IMG/VR virus record: IMGVR_UViG_3300026210_000006
Direction: 5' to 3' (one strand)
Length of the DNA: 31,963 nt
Source: a virus
In this document: one piece after another, positions 14,608 through 23,152 of the stretch
How positions within the stretch are numbered: the first letter of the stretch is position 1
How the letters are laid out: every line of letters begins with the position of its first letter
Position numbers and translations under genes: made by a program
The notes under the pieces: model-generated
What the model was told of the DNA's origin: nothing
The model's database searches: none
The model's input: the letters and a program-made list of their open reading frames with translations, nothing else

Positions 14608-14786
14608 ATGCGCTTAACCGTTTGTTAAACGCATAGAACAGGTGCATTTCTGCAGCTACTCCGTAGCTGGTAGGGGCTGGTTCTTTAAGCGTGCGGCCCT
14701 AGTTTTCACTGTGGAGGGGGGAGTTGAACGCAGTTCAATCTCCATTTCAACGAAATGTTACCCCTACACCGTGAAAACGGAAGGGG
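14608..14786 (-). promoter_or_regulatory. Hairpin-packed 5' leader of the early transcript
   Basis: Seven near-contiguous hairpins, e.g. ATGCG/CGCAT, CAGCTAC/GTAGCTG, TTGAAC/GTTCAA, CATTTC/GAAATG, CCCCT/AGGGG. Confidence 0.45.
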
Positions 14787-14829
14787 ACGCACGCAATGTA
14801 TATCCCACACACTCATTCTCCATTATTTT

Positions 14830-14882
14830 TTTATAATTTTTTTAAAAAGTACTTGACAAGAGTATTGTAGAGGTAGTATATT
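14830..14882. promoter_or_regulatory. Divergent sigma70-type promoter pair with overlapping -35 boxes
   Basis: Plus strand: TTGACA (14853-14858)-18 nt-TATATT (14877-14882). Minus strand: TTGTCA (14859-14854)-18 nt-TATAAA (14835-14830). AT-rich flanks on both sides. Confidence 0.6.
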
Positions 14883-14918
14883 ATATATATTATTTTATAA
14901 TAAGAGTAAAGGAGATCA

Positions 14919-16496
14919 ATGGCTGCATCCTTACAAAACAGAATTGAAGACTACATAGGGCCTCGTCACAGTGACATGGAGCTCACTGATTGGGTCACCG
15001 CATTAAGTCAATGGTTAACAGCTTCTGCGAAGGAGCTTTTTGATATTATACCGGAGATGACATTAAAGAAGGTAGCTCCCGCCACGATGTCGAGCGCAAC
15101 CACTGGAACGAGCTTAGCAGGCAAGAGAATTTTTGGAGTAGACATAGCGGGGTATCCAGCGCGTGAGGTGCCCGCCCTTGAATGGGCCAAAGTTACTAAC
15201 CAAAACAGTATCCATTACGCTAGAAGCACCGACCCAGTATTTTACATAAAGGAAGGTAAATTATACGTAATAACAGATGGAGCTGAAACTGCCGAAGGCA
15301 CCATTCATTACATTTCCGCGCCTGAAGTAACATACGATTTGACAACTGTCCCTTATTTTCCAACCGAATACGAGCCATTGGTAGTTCTGGGTGCTGCAGT
15401 TCGCGGTAAAATGCGTCAGATCGTGGATACCCGGTCTACTCTCCCCGCTGCTTTAAATCTTTCGTCTATTACAATACCTGAAAAACCATCAGCACCAGTA
15501 TTTTCTTATACAGATGCTACTGCTTCGCCTATTGAAGCACAGACAGCGACTATCACAGGAGATGCGCCAACTTATACCGCACCTGTATTGTCATTTTCGG
15601 ATTTTCCTACTGTTACAGCATTAGAAATCCCAGCAAGTGGACTTTCAATCCCAACACCAGTATTTTCAGTTCCAGATATAACTACTGTTACTGTTTCTGC
15701 TCCAGATGATCCGCCAGCTTATGATAGCGAACTTGTTGACCAGGAGCTCTCCGAGCTGGCAGCCTTGATAGATGATGAAGAGGATGAAGAGCTTGCTCGG
15801 GCAAAAGTAAGTCAGATACAGGCTATAATCTCACATGCATTAAATCAATTTAATGAGGAGCAGGTACTATATTCGGCGTTGCTTCAAAGTGCTGTAATAG
15901 ACGCACAAGCTGCAGCTGCTGAAGCTCAGACTGAAGGAAGTTCGGTTTTACAAAAAGAATATCAGGAGTATACAAGTCAATTACAGAAGTATACGGCTGA
16001 TCTACAAAAATACCAGGCAGACACTACTAATGCAATTCAAGTATTTCAACAAAATTTAGGTAAGGAATTACAGGTATGGCAAACTTCTAGGCAATCAGAG
16101 TTACAAGCCTATACTGCCGACATACAAAATAATTTAAATGTGTTTCAGAAAGAGAGTGCTGAGTATCAAGCCAAGTTACAGGTTGATCTTCTGGATGCTC
16201 AACAGGCCCAACAGGCTGTTAGTGCAGATGCACAACTATCAACTGATGTTGATAAAACAAATAAACTACAAGTACTTCAGAAGGAGATACAAGAGTATGC
16301 GTCTGTATTGCAGAAGTATTCTGCTGATCTCCAACAGTATACAGCCGAAATAGGTACAGAAATACAGCAATTTACTAATAATATGCAAATCATAATGACT
16401 GAGCACGGACTGATGGGACAGGAGTTACAGGGATTACAAGGACTATATACTCAGGAGCTTCAGTTATTAATAGGAGGACAACAAAGTGGCGGATAG
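14919..16496 (+). CDS. Probable virion structural protein: adaptor-like N-domain, P/T-rich linker and long coiled coil
   Basis: AAGGAG RBS; first gene of the late arm; heptad repeats QKEYQEYTSQLQKYTADLQKY and QKEIQEYASVLQKYSADLQQY. Confidence 0.6.
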   Translation: MAASLQNRIEDYIGPRHSDMELTDWVTALSQWLTASAKELFDIIPEMTLKKVAPATMSSATTGTSLAGKRIFGVDIAGYPAREVPALEWAKVTNQNSIHYARSTDPVFYIKEGKLYVITDGAETAEGTIHYISAPEVTYDLTTVPYFPTEYEPLVVLGAAVRGKMRQIVDTRSTLPAALNLSSITIPEKPSAPVFSYTDATASPIEAQTATITGDAPTYTAPVLSFSDFPTVTALEIPASGLSIPTPVFSVPDITTVTVSAPDDPPAYDSELVDQELSELAALIDDEEDEELARAKVSQIQAIISHALNQFNEEQVLYSALLQSAVIDAQAAAAEAQTEGSSVLQKEYQEYTSQLQKYTADLQKYQADTTNAIQVFQQNLGKELQVWQTSRQSELQAYTADIQNNLNVFQKESAEYQAKLQVDLLDAQQAQQAVSADAQLSTDVDKTNKLQVLQKEIQEYASVLQKYSADLQQYTAEIGTEIQQFTNNMQIIMTEHGLMGQELQGLQGLYTQELQLLIGGQQSGG

Positions 16497-16992
16497 TCTT
16501 AGATGGTCAATAAGTGTCACACCAGTAGTAGAAATGACGGATACCGACGCAGAACCACATAATGCAATACATAGTACTATTAATCAGTCGTTGGGAGCAA
16601 GTGGTGAGTCAGTTTGTCTTACTGAATTTAAATATAACTTTGGTCAGGGTAGCAATAGTCTGCTTGTATATGAAGGTTCATATGGTTCTGCACAGATTCC
16701 ATTTGCGGGTGATGGTAGTGATGTAGATACATGGTATATAAAGAATACTGGACTTAAAACAGATGGTGCTGTTAGTTCAAGTACACTTTTTGTTACATTT
16801 GAGGATATTGGTGCGGCTTTGAACAATGCCGACTTTGATCCACAGTTGTTCGGGTTAAGTGCTGGAGAAGCCATTCTACTTAATGGTTTTCGTAAAGGTG
16901 ACACTAACGCCTCGCTCTGTGAAGCTCAAGACTTAAAATTGTGGGTTGGTAGTGATTCTGTATACGTTGATATTTTATGTGATGCACCATAG
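16486..16992 (+). CDS. Acidic beta-rich structural protein
   Basis: 168 aa, GTG start with GGAGG RBS, overlapping the upstream stop. Confidence 0.6.
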   Translation: MADSLRWSISVTPVVEMTDTDAEPHNAIHSTINQSLGASGESVCLTEFKYNFGQGSNSLLVYEGSYGSAQIPFAGDGSDVDTWYIKNTGLKTDGAVSSSTLFVTFEDIGAALNNADFDPQLFGLSAGEAILLNGFRKGDTNASLCEAQDLKLWVGSDSVYVDILCDAP

Positions 16993-17001
16993 GAGGATGT
17001 A

Positions 17002-17358
17002 ATGGCTACTAGTATTTACGACATTGTAATTACCAAGGGCACAGATTTTGAGGTAACAATGACTTTTAACGACGATACAGGTGCGCCGCTAGACCTCGAA
17101 GATTATGAACTTAAGGGTGAAATAAGGCCAACTCCCGGAGATGACACATCAGACCCAGTAGAGTTCACTATTACAATAATGAATGAGGGAGAGGGTGAGA
17201 TAAAATTAGACTTACCTGATAATGTATCTAGTGGTCTTACTGGGGAGAAATATTATTATGATATTGTAGGTGACGATGAGGACGGTCTTGGTAAAAGAAC
17301 AATTTTTATTGGTGGGCGAGTGACTGTTTTGCCTGCTGTATCGAAAGACTGGTCATAG
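17002..17358 (+). CDS. Ig-like beta-sandwich tail/baseplate accessory protein (BppU-N/LtfC-like)
   Basis: YDIVITKGTDF...LDLEDYELKGEIR...GEIKLDL...YYYDI...GRVTV; AGGAGG RBS. Confidence 0.7.
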   Translation: MATSIYDIVITKGTDFEVTMTFNDDTGAPLDLEDYELKGEIRPTPGDDTSDPVEFTITIMNEGEGEIKLDLPDNVSSGLTGEKYYYDIVGDDEDGLGKRTIFIGGRVTVLPAVSKDWS

Positions 17359-17604
17359 ATGGCTGAAGTAGAGATTAATCCGGCTGGACAAATTTCGGTA
17401 GTTGTAAATACTTCTAGAGCTGCCAAGGCAGAGGATACTACATTTGATCCCAGTGGGACAAGTCTTACCTCAACAAATCTTGAGGATGCAGTCAAAGAAG
17501 TAGCTGATAGATTCTTTCAGGGGGAGGATACCCCAACTTCGGGTCTTACAGAAGGAGATTTATGGTATGACAAGAATACAGGCCAGCTAAAGATTTACAA
17601 ATGA
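17359..17604 (+). CDS. Short tail-fibre-associated protein
   Basis: PTSGLTEGDLWYDKNTGQLKIY is a common tail-fibre head/neck motif; abuts the upstream stop. Confidence 0.6.
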   Translation: MAEVEINPAGQISVVVNTSRAAKAEDTTFDPSGTSLTSTNLEDAVKEVADRFFQGEDTPTSGLTEGDLWYDKNTGQLKIYK

Positions 17605-17644
17605 GCTGGAGTAAACAACTTAATAATAGATAGGAGGAAGTACA

Positions 17645-18589
17645 ATGGCAACATGGAAGAGATTACAGGGTTATGGCGATGATGTCACAGGATCATTTTC
17701 GGGGACATTAGATTCGTCAGAATTCCCAATGGCAGCTATGGTGACAGGAGCTAATGCGGCTGCGGTTAAAAGTACGCTGTCACTACAAAACGTCGCAAAC
17801 GAAAGTAGAGCAACAATACTTGGTGGAAACTTAACTGGTACAGTAGATGGAACTGCTGTGGCGACTGTGAAGTCAGGAGCATCTGCAGGTACAGCTGCTA
17901 AAGTAGTTACTGATGCGGCTTTTGATAATAGTAATGTTCTAAAAGTAGATAACGCACATGCCAATTTAAAGAACAGTGGTATCTCAATTAGTTCTGCTGG
18001 TGTATTATCTGGGGCAGGCGTAGGTGGCGGAACAGTAACAAAGGCTGGAATAGGCGTGGATGATGACGACTATTTAAACGAAAATACTACTTCTGCAGAT
18101 GTCGGACTGGAGAATGTAACTAATCACGCCGCATATCACTCTGGAAACAAACCAACAAAGGCTGATGTAGGTTTAGGAAGTGTAACTAATGCTAGCCAAG
18201 CAACGATAGTAGCTGCAGCTCTCTCAGAAGCAGATGCTGACGATGTAGGTTTAGGAAATGTATCCAACATTACGACAGCAGCCATGAGGGCGGGTGTTAC
18301 AGCTTCTGATGTAGGTTTGGGCAGTGTAACCAACGCATCAAGTGAGACAATACAAGCGGCTGCAGTAGCAACGGTCTTAGGGACAGGAACACCAGCAAGC
18401 CTGAACACACTTAAAGAGATTGCTACTTCACTTGGTGATAACGCTAGCTTAAGCTCTACTTTAGTTAGTTCGATTGCTACTAAACAACAAGCAGCTGCGA
18501 CGGGTATTACCCCAGCTAATACACCTACTCAGGATGTTGGGACTATCGGATACGATGGCAGTGGCAATCCGTGGATAGTGGTGGCATAG
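17645..18589 (+). CDS. Tail fibre protein
   Basis: Four xDVGLxxVxN repeats and the fibre repeat PASLNTLKEIATSLGDN; AGGAGG RBS. Confidence 0.8.
   Translation: MATWKRLQGYGDDVTGSFSGTLDSSEFPMAAMVTGANAAAVKSTLSLQNVANESRATILGGNLTGTVDGTAVATVKSGASAGTAAKVVTDAAFDNSNVLKVDNAHANLKNSGISISSAGVLSGAGVGGGTVTKAGIGVDDDDYLNENTTSADVGLENVTNHAAYHSGNKPTKADVGLGSVTNASQATIVAAALSEADADDVGLGNVSNITTAAMRAGVTASDVGLGSVTNASSETIQAAAVATVLGTGTPASLNTLKEIATSLGDNASLSSTLVSSIATKQQAAATGITPANTPTQDVGTIGYDGSGNPWIVVA
18164..18335 (+). repeat. Intragenic direct repeats (GATGTAGGTTTRGG) encoding the DVGLG fibre repeats
   Basis: Three near-identical DNA copies near 18164, 18243 and 18308. Confidence 0.7.
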
Positions 18590-18590
18590 C

Positions 18591-18983
18591 ATGGCAAACA
18601 TACAATCTGTTAAGCTTAGTGATCTTAAACTTGAAAGTAGTGTGGGTGATGAGGGTATAATTGCGGATGACTCTGCGAGTGGTGCAAAATTTACTTTTAA
18701 TGATATGCCCGATACAGCTGATTTGAAATTGTCGTTAGAGGATAATGGTTACAATCCGTCGGATGGTAATTATATTACAGCAACTACTGAAGGAAAAGTA
18801 ATGTGGGGTGGCCGCAGAGTTTGGCTAATGCAGAGTGATTTAAAACTCGCACCAGATACTATGGTTGATGTAGAAATAATGACAGAAGAAGGGTTTAAAC
18901 AATCGATGATTGATACACTTGGACTGTCACCTGCACAGAAGTCAAAAGTAAAACCACGTATTTACGAGGCTTTCGAAGAATAA
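18591..18983 (+). CDS. Hypothetical late protein
   Basis: 130-aa ORF starting 1 nt after the fibre stop. Confidence 0.6.
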   Translation: MANIQSVKLSDLKLESSVGDEGIIADDSASGAKFTFNDMPDTADLKLSLEDNGYNPSDGNYITATTEGKVMWGGRRVWLMQSDLKLAPDTMVDVEIMTEEGFKQSMIDTLGLSPAQKSKVKPRIYEAFEE

Positions 18984-19054
18984 ACAAGGTGGGAAATAGG
19001 TTCATGGAAGGGGTTGGGTAGAAACATCTACCCCATCTCAGTCAATGCATAAAA

Positions 19055-19255
19055 GTGGATAAGCATAAATTTAAAACAATCAGATTATCGGTGGAAGAGT
19101 CCGAAATACTACAACGACTTATCGGAAATGTAGAGATGCGACTATCAAGAGATTATTGGGTTGTAAAATTATACGATAAACTAAAGAGAACATTTGATGC
19201 ATTGGCTGAGAATGATCCTGATTATGAAATAGCACAAGAGGATACTAATGCCTAA
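19055..19255 (+). CDS. Small helical hypothetical protein, possibly a fibre chaperone
   Basis: 66 aa, GTG start, overlaps the start of the next fibre gene. Confidence 0.45.
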   Translation: MDKHKFKTIRLSVEESEILQRLIGNVEMRLSRDYWVVKLYDKLKRTFDALAENDPDYEIAQEDTNA

Positions 19256-21020
19256 AAGTTGGAAAAGACTACAAGGTTATGGCGACGCTTTTACAGGTGA
19301 CGTAACTGGAAAAATAAATAATGTAGCCGTAAGTACTATTACAAACACAGTAGACTTATTTACTAATGCTAACTCTGTCGCCGCAGCATCCCTTGCAAGT
19401 TCATTGCAAGTTGGTAGTACTTTAACTGTAGATGGTACTCTGTATGTTTCTGAGAACATTAGACATAGTGGCGATACCAATAATTATATAAACTTTACAA
19501 CAGATACTCAAAAATTCTACACAGATAATGCACTTACTCTTACTCTCGACGCACATCAAGGCGCCACATTTGCTGGTGAGGTAGCTGTAGATGGTAGTTT
19601 AACAGTTGATGAATGTTTTGAAGCTGAAGCTGGTGGTGATGTTTTAATCACAGGTGGATTAGAATGCGAGAGCGCCACCACATTTGGTGATGAGGTAGCT
19701 GTAGATGGGAAGATTGAAGGCGGTGATGGAATGGATATCACTGGCGATGTTGATATTTCTGGTGGTATAGCATCTGGTGGGCACTTAAGCGCAGCGACCT
19801 TGGAGACTTCTAGCAACGCCACATTTGCTGGGACTATTACTGCTGCTGGTCTTGGACTAAGTGCTAATGGCAGTCTTGGTTCACCAGTTATCTTTCGAAG
19901 CAGTGACACAAATACTGGACTGTGTTTTCTTGGTACTGATTCCTTAGGTTTGGTTGCTGGTGCGAGTGCTGGTACGAAGTTACAAATAACTGGTGTCAAT
20001 GATGCTAGTAAAATAGTGACTGGCACACAAGATGTAGACGCTGGCTTGTTCTTAGATTTCGCCTCTGATGATAGTCAAGGAGATTGGAAGTTTTATCTTG
20101 GTGATTGGGATGGAGAAGCGAATGAAACATTCCTGATGGTTGATGATGTGGAAAATGAAATCATTCTGACATGCGGGACGGTCCATACAACTGCAGGAGG
20201 ATTTACTATAGATTCAAGTGCCCATGCGGTGGTTAGCATTGATAGAGGTGCCACAAGTCGCTTCGGATGCACTAATTACAAAACTGCTGGCTCTACAATT
20301 TGGTCCACTGGGCTTACAGATTCGGATAACGCTGGTGTAGATGGAAGTGAATACTACATAGGCCCTTCACAGGGGGGAGCATGGCCTGCTTTCCTACTAG
20401 CAACAAATGGTGACCTTACATTGACTGGTATTGTATCTACTGTTGGAAGAGTCCAAATTACTGGTAATGGTACTCCAACAGTCACTGGTGGTGGCATAGA
20501 ATTGGGGTATACAAGTAATACTGGTAAGATTTTAGCATATGATAGAAGTGGTGGAGGCTCATACAAAGCATTAGAATTAAATGGTTCAAGTCATAAGATC
20601 AAAGTATCTGGGTCTGAGAAATTCAGTATAAATACATCTGGCAACGCCACATTTGCTGGGAATGTAGGGGTTACTGGGAAGGTTACTGCTGGTAATGATG
20701 CTTATAATGCGAATCCAGATGTAGAACTTGCAGTTTTTGGCAGGTTCTATTGTGATACATATGGTTATCCTTTTATTGTTCATGATTCCTCAGCTGGTGA
20801 TAACTTGTTTGAAGTCGATGGGGGTGATTGTGTTAAAATAGACCCAGAAGGGAACCTGGGCGCGACCGAATTTGGTGGTGGAATTACGATTGATGGGCAA
20901 ATGAGCGGTGTTTCTAACATGGCTACAATTACTTCTGATATTGATAATAGTCCTACAATATATGTTGACGATGATGCACCTTCTGGTGGTTCATCTGGCG
21001 ATATATGGCTGGAATACTAA
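19248..21020 (+). CDS. Long tail fibre / receptor-binding protein
   Basis: G/T/D-rich beta-repeats (ATFAGEVAVDG, TTFGDEVAVDG, NATFAGTI, NATFAGNV) and C-terminal APSGGSSGDIWLEY; GAGG RBS. Confidence 0.8.
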   Translation: MPKSWKRLQGYGDAFTGDVTGKINNVAVSTITNTVDLFTNANSVAAASLASSLQVGSTLTVDGTLYVSENIRHSGDTNNYINFTTDTQKFYTDNALTLTLDAHQGATFAGEVAVDGSLTVDECFEAEAGGDVLITGGLECESATTFGDEVAVDGKIEGGDGMDITGDVDISGGIASGGHLSAATLETSSNATFAGTITAAGLGLSANGSLGSPVIFRSSDTNTGLCFLGTDSLGLVAGASAGTKLQITGVNDASKIVTGTQDVDAGLFLDFASDDSQGDWKFYLGDWDGEANETFLMVDDVENEIILTCGTVHTTAGGFTIDSSAHAVVSIDRGATSRFGCTNYKTAGSTIWSTGLTDSDNAGVDGSEYYIGPSQGGAWPAFLLATNGDLTLTGIVSTVGRVQITGNGTPTVTGGGIELGYTSNTGKILAYDRSGGGSYKALELNGSSHKIKVSGSEKFSINTSGNATFAGNVGVTGKVTAGNDAYNANPDVELAVFGRFYCDTYGYPFIVHDSSAGDNLFEVDGGDCVKIDPEGNLGATEFGGGITIDGQMSGVSNMATITSDIDNSPTIYVDDDAPSGGSSGDIWLEY

Positions 21021-21814
21021 TGGGACTGAATGTAAAGAACGGTGGTTCGTGGGAAGATTCAACACCATATGTAAAGGTTGGCAGTACTTGGAAGAGAGCC
21101 AAAGCCTATGTTAAGGATGGAACAGAGTGGTCAGTTATATACAGAGACTACAAAGGCTTAATAATTGATGATTGGGATGATAACAAGGTCTCCAGTAGGG
21201 ATACTTTTATAACAAGGGCATTTAGTGGTACAGAGCCAGATGACACAGATGACGCTTATGTTGCAACAAGACCAACTTGGGTTGTTACTAATGGTGCTAC
21301 AGCTACTGGTGGCGTATTAAAGCTATACAATCCTGGCAGTGCTACACCAAGGGCTTATGTTGACCTTACTACAGCGTTTAGTAATGGTGACTATCAAACA
21401 TGGGAATGGCGAGTTAAGCTATCTTCGGGCATGAATAAGCCACAGACATTTACACTGCAGATGAATGACTCTACTAGTTGGGCTCCAACGTCGTCTTATG
21501 AAGTTCAAGTTAAAAATAATGGGCAACTGAGACTCCATAGAAGGGGGCCTACCAATGCTTATCTAGCCACTGTTTCCAGTGTATTTAGTCTTGATACTTG
21601 GTATACGGTAACTTACTGCATTAGAAGTGGGCCAGGTTTGGGTGACCAGCAACATAGAGTATATGTAGATGGTAGACAAGAAATTGATGTTGCTGACAAT
21701 AATCATTCAGTAGTATATACAACATGGTTTAATAGTTGGGGCGCAATATCTTCAGGCAAATATGCATATATTGATTGGTTTAAGCATTGGAATGGAAGTG
21801 GGTATCCTTACTAA
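21020..21814 (+). CDS. Fibre-tip protein with a concanavalin/lectin-like beta-sandwich
   Basis: N-terminal YVKVGSTWKRAKAYVKDGTEW motif typical of fibre distal subunits; W/Y-rich beta domain (WYTVTY...HRVYVDG). TAATG coupling at 21020. Confidence 0.65.
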   Translation: MGLNVKNGGSWEDSTPYVKVGSTWKRAKAYVKDGTEWSVIYRDYKGLIIDDWDDNKVSSRDTFITRAFSGTEPDDTDDAYVATRPTWVVTNGATATGGVLKLYNPGSATPRAYVDLTTAFSNGDYQTWEWRVKLSSGMNKPQTFTLQMNDSTSWAPTSSYEVQVKNNGQLRLHRRGPTNAYLATVSSVFSLDTWYTVTYCIRSGPGLGDQQHRVYVDGRQEIDVADNNHSVVYTTWFNSWGAISSGKYAYIDWFKHWNGSGYPY

Positions 21815-21818
21815 CCAG

Positions 21819-22037
21819 ATGATTCTACTAAAAACAAAATTTGAAGAAACACCAGAAGAAGATGAGTTCTTTTGGGGAACAAAACTTATGCAGGCATTTC
21901 CAGAGGTAACTATCTTTCTTGAAGATTTCGATTCTGAAAAGGAAGAAGGAAATGTTTACATTGAAACTGACGGACTGGATGCTGAAACAATAGAAGCAAT
22001 AACAGGACATGAGTCAGTAATTGAACAGTTAATCTAA
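21819..22037 (+). CDS. Small acidic protein, possible tail-fibre assembly factor
   Basis: Start placed at Met20 of the track ORF, 4 nt after the upstream stop. Confidence 0.5.
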   Translation: MILLKTKFEETPEEDEFFWGTKLMQAFPEVTIFLEDFDSEKEEGNVYIETDGLDAETIEAITGHESVIEQLI

Positions 22038-22046
22038 GGAGACAAC

Positions 22047-22400
22047 ATGATACTAGGTGAACTCATTAACTCAACGGAAGCTCTTAGCAGATTAATGCAA
22101 CAGCCAATGAAGGCTAAAGCATCGTTCAGACTTGCTAAGACAGTTAAACAAGTACAACCTCATATAGAAGCATTTGAGGAAACCCGAATTAAGATTGTCG
22201 AGCAATATGGCAAGAAAAATGGAGAAGGGTTTGTAATAGACCCCGAATCTAAGGGATGGAAAAAGTACGTAAATGAACTGGAAGATGTGTTGAAAGAAGA
22301 GATAAAGCTGAATGTCAAGAAAATAACCTTGGCAAGTATAGCTCAAGCTGAGGTTACTGCTGCAGATGCTATCGTACTAGAGTGGCTGGTAGACGAGTAA
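22047..22400 (+). CDS. Helical phage hypothetical protein, tail-associated (DUF1617-like)
   Basis: AAGGAG RBS; the pattern ALSRL...KASFRLAK...FEETRIKIVEQY is familiar from genes following fibres. Confidence 0.6.
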   Translation: MILGELINSTEALSRLMQQPMKAKASFRLAKTVKQVQPHIEAFEETRIKIVEQYGKKNGEGFVIDPESKGWKKYVNELEDVLKEEIKLNVKKITLASIAQAEVTAADAIVLEWLVDE

Positions 22401-22416
22401 TGGATTAAGAGTAAGA

Positions 22417-22608
22417 ATGGATAATATCAATAAAAGAAGTGAACCGAGTTTTACTAGCACCAATGATTGCCGGTGTTTTGTATCAGGGTATGATTTAACT
22501 AATGGAGAATTATCCGAACTTGTTTTGGATAATAATCAGTGCCCTATGCATTCATACAGCAAAGATACTGACGGTATTAACTATATCAAGCGCGAAATAA
22601 ACGAATGA
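22417..22608 (+). CDS. Small hypothetical ORF
   Basis: 63 aa, ATGA overlap with the next gene; no clear RBS. Confidence 0.3.
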   Translation: MDNINKRSEPSFTSTNDCRCFVSGYDLTNGELSELVLDNNQCPMHSYSKDTDGINYIKREINE

Positions 22609-22868
22609 ATGGCAACGAAAAAAAAGACTTGCAGACTGTTTTAGATGTGCTTACCAAGCACAGGCAAGAGAGCAGTGAACTAGCAAGTGTTGTGAATGAT
22701 ATTAGGGTATGTCTGATGGGAGACCCCGCAAAGCACGAAGATTTGGGGTTGCAAGGTGCAGTAGACAGAAATACTGGCTTCCGCAAATCATCCGTAAAGG
22801 TTTTGTGGGTAATGATAACTGGGTTCATAGGAACAATGGCCATAGCAATTAAAAGTTATTTCAAATAA
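22605..22868 (+). CDS. Holin-like protein (coiled N-terminus, C-terminal TM helix)
   Basis: VLWVMITGFIGTMAIAI TM segment; located upstream of the lysozyme. Confidence 0.5.
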   Translation: MNGNEKKDLQTVLDVLTKHRQESSELASVVNDIRVCLMGDPAKHEDLGLQGAVDRNTGFRKSSVKVLWVMITGFIGTMAIAIKSYFK

Positions 22869-22879
22869 GGAGAAATAAT

Positions 22880-23029
22880 ATGGAATTTTTATCAAACAAT
22901 TGGGAATGGGTAGCAATAGCTATCCTTGTTGTAGATAAAGTAGTAGCAATGAGTCCGTCAAAGATGGATGATCTTATTTGGTCATCTGTGAAGAAGATTT
23001 TGACGGGATTAAAACTGAAGAAGAAGTAG
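22880..23029 (+). CDS. 49-aa holin-like membrane peptide (not in the ORF track)
   Basis: AAGGAG RBS; hand translation MEFLSNNWEWVAIAILVVDKVVAMSPSKMDDLIWSSVKKILTGLKLKKK. Confidence 0.7.
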   Translation: MEFLSNNWEWVAIAILVVDKVVAMSPSKMDDLIWSSVKKILTGLKLKKK

Positions 23030-23032
23030 GAT

Positions 23033-23132
23033 GTTGGGTGTGGAGAGAGTATTTTGCGTAGTTTTTCCAACGCCAGTGAAGAGCTCGCTTTTACACAAAA
23101 GTGGTATCCTCTTCACACCCATAACTGGCGCC
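23033..23132. promoter_or_regulatory. Structured intergenic element with competing helices
   Basis: CTCTTCAC (23109-23116) can pair with either 23076-23083 or 23040-23047; CGCCAGT (23071-23077)/ACTGGCG (23124-23130). Confidence 0.4.
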
Positions 23133-23152
23133 ACTAAAAAGGAGAGTAAGAA

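Noticed and set aside
19016-19033. GGGTAGA-AACA-TCTACCC hairpin as a terminator or a copy of the GGNTAG motif
   Set aside because: No U-tract, and it lacks the GTA loop end and the trailing G of the early-arm motif.
17645-21814. Diversity-generating retroelement acting on the fibres
   Set aside because: No reverse transcriptase and no TR/VR pair with adenine-only mismatches seen; the DNA repeats simply encode protein repeats.
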